Of a stretch of 64,000 bases of DNA, positions 30,975 to 43,327 are shown one piece after another (the first letter of the stretch is position 1; each line of letters begins with the position of its first letter). The translations under genes and the position numbers were made by a program. The stretch lies in NCBI RefSeq assembly GCF_009914755.1, contig NC_060930.1; one strand, written 5' to 3'. This DNA is from the human T2T-CHM13v2.0 reference genome, Homo sapiens. The notes under the pieces were generated by a model. The model did no database searches. It was not told the DNA's origin and saw only the letters and a list, made by a program, of their open reading frames with translations.

Positions 30975-31185
30975 AAATAAATCTGCACTTAACTCTGTGC
31001 CAGGAACTATTCTAAGTATTTTACACTTATTATCTCATTTAGTATGCACAATAGTTTTATACAGAGTTGCTCATATATACCCTATTTTAGAGATAAGGAA
31101 ACCGAGAAAGATGAAAACCACAAGTAGTTTGTGAAGCCAGGGTTTGAACTTCACACATTCAACGCCACCCTTTTTAAATCACTGT
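30975..31185. mobile_element. MIR
   Basis: actctgtgccaggaactattctaagtattttacacttattatctcattta...cctattttagagataaggaaaccgag. Confidence 0.75.
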
Positions 31186-31432
31186 GGAATTCCTTTAGCA
31201 TTCAAGTTAGGTGAATATCCTTCTGTGAAAGTTTGGGATTTGAAGACAAAGGGCAATGATGAAATCAATTTATCTCTGCTGAGAAGCCAAAGCAATGGGA
31301 ATGGACATAAGCTTGCAAAAGTGTATGGAGACTGGGGCAAAAAGACAGGGAGGGAAAGGAAGGCATACAGTTCAGTGCATCCTTTAGAAAATCACTTCTC
31401 TGTTCTTTTTTCAGCTTCTTCAAATTGCAAAC

Positions 31433-31971
31433 TGTGGTGGTTTAAAATACGTTCATAAATTCTTTGACACTCTTTAAGATGGAGCCCAACTCCCTTCCCT
31501 TTGAGAGTGAGCTGGATCTAGTATCTCACTTCTAATGAATAAAGTGAGAGTGACAGGTGCAGCTTTGGGGATTTGGTCCTACAAGGCACTGTAGCTTCTC
31601 TCTGTTCTCTCTTTTGGACAACTTGCTCTGGGGAAAGCCAGCTGCCATCATGGGGACAAACAGCCTAAGACAAGGGCTATGTGGTGAGGAACTGTGGCCT
31701 TCTGACAACAGCCAGTGAGGAACTGAGGACTTTTTTTGCCAACAGTCATGTGAATGAGCTACCTTGGAAGTAGATCTTCCAGCCCCAGTTAAGCCTCCAG
31801 ATAACTGTGACCCTGCTAAACTGCAAACTCAGGAGGAACCCTGAGCCAGAACTACCCAGCAAAGCCACTCACGGGTGATTCCTGACTCTCAGAAACTGTG
31901 AGATGATACATTTCTATCATGTTAAATTGTTAGAATTTGGAGTTGCTATGCAGTCATAGATAACTAATACA
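31433..31971 (+). mobile_element. Solo MLT1 (MLT1F-like) LTR
   Basis: tgtggtgg...gataactaataca; perfect 5-bp TSD caaac at 31428-31432 and 31972-31976. Confidence 0.85.
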
Positions 31972-33557
31972 CAAACCAACAAACACACCTCCAAAACCAA
32001 CAAATCGAAACAAATTAAGATAAATTAAGAATACGCTACCTACAATTGCCAAAGGACAAAGAAACCTTGAGAACATAACTATCCTCCTTTAAGTAAAGTT
32101 GCCTGCAGACTCTTTTAATCCAAAGACATTACAGCATTTTGATTCACTTCTAAAATAATTTGTCATGATTTGCAGCTTAAGTATGTATGTTATTTACTTA
32201 TAATTTACTTGTATAAAAAAGGGAAGATAAAGATATTCAAGATTTCACATTACATAAACCCTTCAACATTCTTAAAGCAAGGTCAACAACCAAATGCAAA
32301 AGATGGGCCAGCAAAAGTCTCTACCTCCTAAGAAAAGTTAAAATCTTAAAATCCAGCTTTAGAGGATGGAACCACAGTAGGCAATTAGCAGGCAGAAGCA
32401 CATAATTTAGCCAGTAGTTAAAAACAATTCATTAAAAGCTCATTTTAAAAGACAACATTTGCTAGCATTCTGATCCCAGAGGTTGGCAACCTGCTGAGGC
32501 CACACACAATCATTGCAGATAATTCAGCACATGATAATGACTAAGGCTGGAGAGTGTGTCCTGATTTCCATCGTCTCCAGGGAGAGTAAACACTTGAGTT
32601 TTCATTCTAATGCAATCACGATTATGAATCCAGAGGTATTTCTTTCCACTTAGGCACCATGGTATCTCATTATTTTTCAACTTCCACTTCCTCTACTCCA
32701 TTGCTCAACCCAGGATTTTATGAGCCCCACTGCATGACATACAGGAAGCTTTACTAAGGGGAACCAATGCTAATTTATTTCTAGATGACTTACAGTGCTC
32801 AGCCCCAAATCAAGACTGGCTAATACAACTCTGCTATCTGTGCTCCTTCTTGCACAAAACTCCTCATGAAGTTGCAATTTTAAAAGAAATGTTTCTCATC
32901 AAAATTCAATAGACTTTTATATGCACATACACTTTCTCACTTTTCCAGGCTGCATGAAATTTAATATCAGGATTATTATCCATTTGTCATTTTAACCTAT
33001 AATTTAGTAAGCCTTTTTGTGTTTGAGTTATGCTTCTTCCCCCCTTGAGCCATCAGCTTGCAGCCATAGATTCATTTGAAAAGCCGGCCAGGTCACATGG
33101 TTTGACCTCTTAGAACAAACATTTTCCACATTTCTTATTCTGCTTCCATAAGAGACACCATTAGTTTTGTTCATCTCTACTTAAAATGATTTTTATGACA
33201 TAATAACATTTCAAGTTTTCCACATTAACCTTCATTTTATTTCTTGAAATACTCAGGCAAACAATGTCACTAAGACGTCACTGATGGAGAATTCTTTCTC
33301 CTTCACTCCTGTCTACTTAAAGGCAACTCTGAAGAAAGAATAAATTTTTGCTCTGCATCAGCTGAGTGCTGGGAGAAAAGTTTAAAAGTCTGGCCTAGTG
33401 GCTCACAGCATCTTAAAGTAAATACTTCCATAAGCAACCAAAGCAGAAAATCTTCATATAACTGTTTTCACCAAAATAAATACATAAATTTTCAAATCTG
33501 GAGTCCTATAAAGGAATTTAAAATCTATTTTCTTATATGTAAGTTCAAAGATGTCTA

Positions 33558-33878
<321 letters not shown>

Positions 33879-33927
33879 CTACAGTGCATGGGATTTCTTG
33901 CTTAACCAGTTTCAGTAAAATAATGCA

Positions 33928-33946
33928 TGTGTGTGTGTGTGTGTGT
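33928..33946. repeat. (TG)9 microsatellite upstream of the exon 9 acceptor ((CA)n in the pre-mRNA)
   Basis: Read directly. Confidence 0.95.
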
Positions 33947-34599
33947 AGGGGGAGGGAGAGGGCCACGGGGTTGATAGGGGAGGACGAATATGGTTCAATG
34001 CAGAAAAAGTCTACCAAATTCAACTGGCAAGACATATAAGTGTGTTTACTTTTTGCTTTTTTGTCTTCAGAAAATAGATTTTCCAAAGTTTTGTATTTTA
34101 TAAGATCGCTTCTACCAACTGTATTTTAACAATCTTATTTCATATACATTTTGAGGAACATATTTATGTATTAAATGATGAACACTTTTAATACATCGCT
34201 ATCAATCTTATAAAGCAATATATTGTCATGCCTCTATTTAAAATTCAACAAGGTTTTATATTTATTTTGAAAATCGGCCCAGCATTCCACCTCATAATAT
34301 TGGCAGCCCACACAATATCAATGAGCTAGAAGAAGACTAATGTTAAACAATCACATTTTCCCTTTATCATTATTCTTATTCTTAAAGCATGATTTCTTGT
34401 GTCCCTGATGTCATTTCTTCCTGGTACCGTTTTGCTCAATTTCCTTTAATGGTTTCCCCAGCCTGCAAATAAATTCCAAACTCCATCAGACCATTTTCAA
34501 GGTCTTCTTTGTGGCAGCCCTACATTTTTGATCTTACATTATTTGTAATATAAACTCAGATCAAGTCAAATAGGTTTGCTCAATTATTAATTAAATAAT

Positions 34600-35539
34600 G
34601 CAACATTTATTGAGAGCCTACTACATTCCAGACTCTATCGAGGCGCTGGGGATACAGCAGTGAATGAACAAACTTCTCCGCCTTCATCCACAGCACTGTA
34701 ACAGTCAATACCGAGAGGTTAGAATGTCTAGGATTTCCAATGGTGCTAAGTGAGGAAGAAAATAATCAACAGGGAAGAGGGAGAGTCCAAAGAAGGTGGA
34801 GATTTCAATTTTAAAGAGGTGATTACAGAATGCCTTACAAAGCAGGTGCCTTTAAGCAAATGTCTGAAGGAGATTAGAAATGCAAGTCACATGGATCCCT
34901 GGGGGAATAAGCATTCCAGACAAGCAGAGAATACTATAAGGGGCCAGAGCCCCAGTGTGCTGATGTGGTTGGCTGTTCAGGGTACAACAAGGGGGGCAGT
35001 GGGGCGGAGGCAGAGAGAACAAGGAGGGAAAAAAACAGAAGGTGAAGTTGGAGAGTTTGTGAGGATCTAGAATATGTAGTTCCCTGACAGCTGCTTTCAG
35101 AACCCTGGGTGTTATTCTGGAAGATACCAGAACCACTGCAGAACTCTGAGGCTGAGGCATGACATAATTTAACTAATATTTTAAAGACATCCACCTGGCT
35201 GCTATGTTCGGAATACCCTCTGGAGGGCCAGGGTGTAGGCAGGAAGCAGAGAAGCTTATGTCAACATCTATGACGTAAGCTAGGAGCTTATGTCAACATC
35301 TATGCAAAAGATGGCACTGGCTTGAACCGGGAAGGTAGTGCTGGAGGTAGGATGAGTGTTTGAATTCTGGATATAAATTAAAGGGAGAAGTTGCAGAATT
35401 TTCAGTCAGGTTGGATGCCTGGTGTGAGAGGAAAAGAGGAGTCAACTGTGAGTGGAGTGTAGTTCCCTGTTTCCTGAGAAGACAGGAGGCGGGTAGGGGT
35501 GGGGACAACTGTGGTAGAAGAAAGGGTATGTGTGTGTGT

Positions 35540-35571
<32 letters not shown>

Positions 35572-36700
35572 AGGGAGTTGAGGCATGAAATAATTATTTC
35601 TATTGTGCTCGTGTTCAGTTTGATAAGCTATTACACAGCGATGTCAAAATGTCCAGTATCTAATTGAATAAATAAGTGTAGTTTAGGAGAAAGGCATGGG
35701 TCCTGGGTACAAATTTTGAAGTCATTAGCCTGAGCCTCTAATCCATTTTCTCATTCTTCTGTCCCCAGGAAAGAAAGAAAAAGATGACCTGGCCTCCTTG
35801 TAAACGTGTGAATGGCATACACATACAGCACCTTTACCAGAAAAGAGGTCTAAGAGTTCGGATGGCAAACAAACTAGAATCTCTGAATTTATGGGGTAAG
35901 GTTCTCTGGACAGTGTCATAAGCTGTGCAATTACCAGAGGATACAATGAAGATATTTCATCAAGTAATGAATGATGAGACAGTTTATGTAACTGAGAGAT
36001 TGCCTGTGAGTGATTACTGCATAGATTTCTTAGAGGCTTCATACATAACCCTTGCCCACAGCACAGCCCCAAATGCCAAGGAAGGACCTGGGGAGGCGCG
36101 CTGGCGACCTGAACGTCTCCAGGTCCTGCCTGAGTCTCAGGATTACCTGCATCCTTGAAATTATTCGTAAAGCTCGACACTAGGTTAGATCTATGACACT
36201 CTGACCATGTTATGAGGTCAGATGTGATTATCCAACCTCTGCAGGGAAGGTGAGAAAACACCAGCAAAGGAGACTAAGGAGCAGCAGCCTATGAGGCAGG
36301 TGAAAACTGAGGAGGACTCAGGTGTCCCGAAAGCCAAGGGAACACATCTCAAGGAGGCTGCCATGATGAGCTGTGGTTGGAGCTGGGTGTGTGGCTGCCA
36401 TTGCGGTCTTGAAAAGTCATTTCAGTGGAGTCATGGAGCCAAAAGCCTTTGGAGTGGAGTCCAGAAAGACTCGGAGGAGAGAAATTCAAAGAAGTGAGAA
36501 TAGACACTTTTTTAAAGGAGTTTGCCAGTAAAAGGGAGCAGAGATCAGGGAGGCCATTGGATAGGACTCTGGGGTTGTAAAGGATTTTCGAAAATGGAGA
36601 AATAACGATATGATACTATGCTGAAGGCAGGACTGAGACGAGAAGCGCAGATGGACAGTTTAAGCCAGAGAAAGAGCTCTGTCCTTGAGTAGGTTGGAGG
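34600..36700 (-). mobile_element. L2 element, interrupted by (TG)n at 35529-35571 and a foreign insert at about 35730-36230
   Basis: caacatttattgag...ctggggatacagcagtgaatgaac (L2 3' end, reverse); ...tttgaagtcattagc, resuming at ccagcaaaggagactaagg. Confidence 0.75.
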
Positions 36701-37062
36701 GGAGCATCTAAAGGATGTGTGGAGGGTTGGCCTTCAGAGAGCAGGCAGCCATCCTTAGGAAGAGGAGGCCCGGCTGAGTGCTTAGGCCCAGGTGCAGACA
36801 GGCAGAGGGGTACTGGGATTTGAGGAAGAAGAAACGTATGAGTGATGAAGGAAGGGGAGGGCGGAGGAAGTCGGTATCACTGCTGGGCGGCACCCAGGCC
36901 CTCCTGAGGTCAGAGATGATGAATTTAAAGGAAAACTCGTGAGCAGAGTCTTCTGTTTCTCTGCACCAACACTGAGCTGCAAAGGCAAAGTAGAAAGAAT
37001 GGTGGATTTAAGTTTGGTTGCAGTTTTGCCGGAATTGTAAAAGGAAGCGGGACATCTCTCGA

Positions 37063-37264
37063 TCACCTCTGCCTATGACTGTGAATGATCTCACGGTGAT
37101 CCTCCAAGCCCCTCTCCCTCAGCTCTGTTCACCTCCGCCTATGACTGTGAATGATCTCACGGTGATCCTCCAAGCCCCTCTCCCTCAGCTCTGTTCACCT
37201 CCCGCATACCCGCATATGACTGAATGATCTCAGTTTCCGCCAAGCCCCTCTCCCTCAGCTCTGC
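37063..37264. repeat. Tandem repeat, 66-bp unit x about 3
   Basis: Units start at 37063, 37129 and 37195 (tcacctc.gcctatgactgtgaatgatctcacggtgatcctccaagcccctctccctcagctctgt); the third is degenerate. Confidence 0.95.
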
Positions 37265-37402
37265 ATCACCGAACTGCTCAACCTACTTTTTTGTCTTGAC
37301 CTGTCCAAATCCTTCCACATTGAAAAAAAAAACAAACAAAAAACAAAAAACAAAAAACTTTTTATTGTAAATATCACATAGAATAAGCTTAATACATTAT
37401 AA

Positions 37403-37802
<400 letters not shown>

Positions 37803-38075
37803 TGTAATCACTCTCTTGTTTTTCTTTATCACTCAAGGTTCATTTCTAAACACTACAGTTCATTTTGTCTGTTTTGAAGATGTGTTGTTTAGTCCATCAC
37901 CCTCCATTGTCTTTTTTTCCTTGCAATTTATCTGTTGAAGAAAGCAGGACATGTGACCTACAGAGTTTCCCAGTCTTCATTTTGCTGATTGTATCCAATG
38001 TTGCAGTTTATAATGCACCTTGATAATTTTTTTCCTATAAATTGATAATTGGTCTATAGGCTTCATTTAATTCAG

Positions 38076-38223
38076 CTTCTTTCCTTCCTTCTTTCCTCTC
38101 TCCCTACCCCCTCTCTTTTCCTCCTTTTTTCCTTCCTCCTTCATTCTCTTCCCTTCCTCCTTTTTTGGTCCCTCCCTCTATCTCTCTGTCCTCCTTTCTC
38201 CTCTTCCTTCTTTCTGTCTCTCT
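38076..38223. repeat. Polypyrimidine (CT-rich) low-complexity tract
   Basis: About 150 bp of almost pure C/T on the + strand. Confidence 0.9.
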
Positions 38224-39149
38224 GTAATACTACTTCATAGATGGTGTTTTGTACTTCTATCAGGAAGATCATAATGTCTTTCTCTCTTCTTGAAAGCTTA
38301 GCAGTCATTAATATTCAGTAACTAGATTAATTTATTGGGATTGAAAAATGATATTTTAATTCAAACATTCCTTCATTTATTAGTTAGAATACTTCTATTT
38401 TTTGGTTATCCAGTGGTATTGTTTGAATAGGAAAGGCAGGATAAAATATTTGAATCTTTTTTTTCAATGAACATTTATAAACTCATAAACTTAAACATAT
38501 TATGTGTTAAGTGTGTTTTAACTCAATGCAGTGATTTCCTTCTTGATGCACAACTATCTCATCTCTGGCCAATGGCAATCCTATCAAGATGAGTTTCCAT
38601 AACATGATCCTGACACCATTCAATAGCTTCCTCGCTATCTGCTATGGAAAATTACTCAGGTTCATCTTACACATTTCCTGCTCCAGGCCAGGAATTGCCT
38701 ACTTTTAAAAGAAGCACTGCTTCTTAAAAATTTCAAGACCATAAATTGGGTGCTAGGCATGTTCAGTGCTCCTAAGTTAGTCATTGTTTCTAAGTCCTCT
38801 CAGTTCTTACTTTGAAGGACAGGTATCTCAGAACTACAAGGTTTTTACTTAACATTTTCTGTTTTACCTCTGTTGCTCCTTTCTTCCACACTGGTTCTCA
38901 AGAACACAGAAGATGACATAATTACAATATTCCATAATTGCTCATTTGCTTTTTCTCACATTACACAATTTCAGAATAACAATACCATCACTGTGCCTAT
39001 GATTTCTGAAAACTTCAAATATGTTTTCATATGCTCTACTCATTCTCCCACAAAATTTTTAAAATAATTATACTGTATCCACACTGTTAACACACGCGGC
39101 CATTTCGAACTATGCTGTCTTTGTCTTAACCTTCATGTTATCTTACTTC

Positions 39150-39152
<3 letters not shown>

Positions 39153-39186
<34 letters not shown>
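39153..39186. repeat. (AC)17 microsatellite
   Basis: Read directly. Confidence 0.95.
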
Positions 39187-39189
<3 letters not shown>

Positions 39190-39467
39190 TGCAGGCACAA
39201 CCATCAGTACTTATGTTGATGGTTGATGTTTTCCCAGTAATTTTGATTGCTTGAATCTTGTTCTCTAGTAAATTCCTCAGGAAGAGTTCCTGGGAAATAC
39301 AGTCACTGAGTTCTTCCATAGTAACAGTTTATTTAGGGCTTTTATTCTTGATAATGAGTTTGGCTGCATAAAAAATCTTTATATTATACATAAAAAGAAT
39401 ATATGGAATTATAGTTTCTTACAGTATACATATAAGGAATATACAATCCTGATATACATACAGGGAT

Positions 39468-39507
<40 letters not shown>
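39468..39507. repeat. Compound (TG)n(TA)n microsatellite
   Basis: Read directly. Confidence 0.95.
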
Positions 39508-42500
39508 CATACACACTTATATTTATACATACTTCCCCCTTGAGTATCTGAAATCTCTTACTTCATGTTCTTCTGGTATAAAATATTATGGATAAGCCTG
39601 AAAATAATGTTTTTTTCCTTTGTAAATTAATTGCCCTCTTTTGCCTAGATGCCCAAGGAATTTTTTCCATTTCTTTAGAATCCAGGAATTTTGTTAGAGT
39701 ATATCTTGGTGCTGGTCATTTCTGGATCAATTTTCACAAGCATACTGTGTCAGGAAAGTTGTACTGAATTTAGTTTTTAGGGTTCACTTTGTTCAGTTGC
39801 TTTGATGTTTTTCTTATGTCATTTCTAGTATACATATATTGGATCTTCTTTACCTCACTTCTAATTCCAACAGCTTATCTCAAATCCCTTTTTAATTTTC
39901 TTATTTGTGTTTTTTAGAATTTTCTTCACTTTTCATTTTCTATTTCTTTTAAGACAATATCTATTATATGTATTTGTGTAATTTCCTAATAATTTCCTAA
40001 TAACTTGGTTCACCTTGAAAAGGTTATTTTGGCTTTCCTTTGATTTGAGGCATTCTTCCATTGTCCATAAGGATGCTATTTTGTTCTACATTCGCTGCAT
40101 CATTTTAATAGCCCTGTACGGGACTGAACCTTGCTTCTTTTCTGTTAGAGTTTTACCTTGTTCCTTTGCTGTTGCTGTTTTACATGAAATTAGTTCTCCT
40201 GAAATTTTACAAAGAGGTAGGATTCAGAAAAGCTGTAGACTTTTCTGTTCTGGTGTTTTAGGCAGTGTTCAAAAATATGGGGGCTTCCTTTCTGCAATCT
40301 CACAACTCTGTTACCCCATTTTTAACCGGACTATCTCCTTCCTTTTTTTCTCTTCTATTTTGAGCAAATTTCTGCTCAGTGTGGGGCTTTGTCCTGAGGA
40401 GGGCCTTTGCCTGGGTAAATCTGGTGAGTGCATGAGACCTAAAGTGCTCCAAGCCCTTTAAACCTTATTACAGACTTTTGCACTCATTCCTCTATCCTTT
40501 TGTGCATCCACATGGCCTGAGTTTGGCATAGTATCTTGTCAATAGTTTGTAGACAGTAAATAATTATAAATTAATAAAATCTAACTCCATTAAGTGACAA
40601 TTAATTAAATAATTCTAATAAGATAATCAATAGCAATGGAAATTAATAACAGTAACTCAGGATTATTTTACCTACAAAAATAATTTTTTAAAGTAAGTTG
40701 CTCTTAAGTAATTGACTATTTTCTCATTTGACAACATATCACCTAGTCTATTTAATTTAGTTAGGTAATTTTATTACTATGACAATAGCTTTTATCTAGG
40801 AAGAAGTTAATGTATGGACAACGTCCAATAACAATTTAGAAATTCTTGTTGACTGCATTCATAGTGGTCTCAAATATTGATGGAATTTTAAAAATTATGT
40901 CCCCCTTTCCATTCATTAGCTAGGGAATTTATTAAAAATTATTGTTATTTATTTTGTTTATGATAAACTCAAGAGCATTTGAGCATACAATTCCTTTTTC
41001 AAAGGAAGACAAATATTTTAACATATGCACCTGGGAATTTCTGATGATTAAAAAGTACACACAATACCTGAAATATGCCTATTGAAAGTATTACTTTTCA
41101 AAATTAACATTGTGACATTTATAAGAAAAACACTGACCTGGAACAAAGAATGTGCTAGTATTTGTAGAAAGCTTAATATACTAAGGAAATAATTTAGTCA
41201 TGTAATTACATATCATTAGCAAAGATCCTTACTAAGTTACCTTCGAGATATAATCCACAGTTTTCATAGATCCTTTTAACCATTTACTGGCACGAAGTTG
41301 AAAGCGCATTAATGGAGATTTGTGACAAACTAGCACTAATACAGAATACTGTATTTATCTCAGTATAAAATATGTGTGATAATGGTAAAGTAACTAATAA
41401 ATCTACCCCAGTTGGTGGAAGGGAACAAACACTTCCCTTGATATTCTTGTATTGGTTCCAAGGGCTTTTTTACTTATCAATATTGAATAGCATTTTATAA
41501 ACAGACTAACTTGGAGGAATGTGATTAATTTATAATGTGAACTGGGTTTATATAGAGTCCACCCTCAACTGAGCTCAAAAGTGGAAAAATCACTCATGCA
41601 TGTTTTGTCTATGGAATGCACAGTGAGCATCTGTGTGTGTGTAGATATGCTAATATTTACATGTCAAACTATACTGACAGTTTTAAGCTATTAAAAATAG
41701 TTTGCAAATTTCTAGATATGCTTTCATAAAGTGAATAATCCACAGACAACTAAAATAATTTTGAATTGATTGTACAATATTTGCAAAAATATTTGAAAAT
41801 AAATGTAAATATTCACAAAGAATACTACTCTGAACCTAAGGAAAACAATAACTGTTTTTCTCCTGTATTTTATCAGATTATAGCAAAAAATACATTTCAT
41901 TAGTATGCGTTATGCAGGTAGAATCCTGACTCACTGCTATACTTTCTATTTTATTTCTTTGGGGAGTAAATTATTCAGTCTTTATGTGAATGCTCATGGA
42001 TTCTCTTAAGAACAAAAAGTATTCATTTTAAAGCATAAAATTCATAGAAGTTTCAATAAACTCGTATTTTAAGAATTTAAATAATGGGTCATGGGAGAGT
42101 ATAATGAAATAGATATTGTATTCTGTTAGTCTGCAGGTTAGGAGACCTGTATTTGGGTAGAAAAGTGTTCTATAATGAAGGAACGGTTGCACGTTCAAGC
42201 CCCAGAAGGGCCAGTGAACTTCCCCTTTCTTGCTGGCTGTTGACTGCATGTTAAGTACATTAAAGGAACATGGGTAGTCACCTGAGAAGTGTGGCTATGG
42301 GGAAACCAAGCGTAAACATCCCCCACCACTGAAACACCATCCAAAAGGCCTCTCCTCTGTAGGAGAGAACAGGCTGCTTCACTCTGATGCTTAATTTGCA
42401 TGCTTTCATAGAAAAAGAAGAAAAGAATCTAATTTTAAAAACTACAAGAAATGTGAAGTACAGGGATCCGAGGTAAAACTCAAGTCTGAGAAAAATGGCA

Positions 42501-43030
42501 CATGTTCTGTCAAAATGAGTCAATGCTTGCCAGCCATCCAGGAGCTATGTGGCCCCCTTTCAGGTCCTCCAAGCTAAGGAGGTTGATTTTGTGCTGTCAT
42601 AGTGTTTCCCAGAGTATCCTTTTGGGGGCACTCAGGTACAGCTCTTGGGTCTCCTTTGCTTTCCCACACCACTCCATAAATTATAGCTTTTGTTACATCT
42701 CAGCCAAAAGCACTTCGGGGACTCCCTCCCTGGGCTTCTCCCTCAATCCCTCCTAGAGCAGAGGGGTCGTGATCAGGCTTCTGTTCACTGAGCTACTGCA
42801 GTGAACCAAACCACGGCACCGACACTTTGCTGCTCGGTTAATTCTCTGTCCACTCTGTGAAGTGATGGATGTGGCCTCGGAGCCACAAAGAAGTGCCATC
42901 TTTTGCTGACATCCACACAGGCAGAGAACCCACAGTGCTGCATTAGAACTAAGGCTGAAACTTTCAAGACCACGCTTTCCACAATACCCAGCTGCCTCTT
43001 TCTCTTATTCCCTTCTATTAAAAAAAATTC

Positions 43031-43327
43031 AGTCAGGTATAGTGACTCATGTCTGTAATCCAAGCACTTTGGGAGGCTGACGTGGGAGGATCGTTTGAGA
43101 CCAGGAGTTTGAGGCCAGCCTAGGCAACACAGCAAGACCCCATTTCTACAAAAAATTAAAAAAAAATTACCTGGGCATGGTGGCATGTACCTGTAGTCCC
43201 AGCTACTCAGGAGGCTGAGGTGAGAGGATCATTTGAGCCTAGAAGTTCAAGGCTTCAGTGAGCTGTGATCACACCACTGCACTCTAGCTTGGGCAACAGA
43301 ATGAGACTTTCTCAAAAAAAAAAAAAA
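43031..43327 (+). mobile_element. AluJ-like
   Basis: gggaggatcgtttgag...gagaggatcatttgagcc...gagctgtgatcacacc; TSD aaaattc. Confidence 0.92.

Noticed and set aside
35725-36267. Longest ORF in the window (180 aa, - strand)
   Set aside because: Non-ATG start and no recognisable domain. Its coincidence with the foreign insert is noted, but I cannot support coding function.
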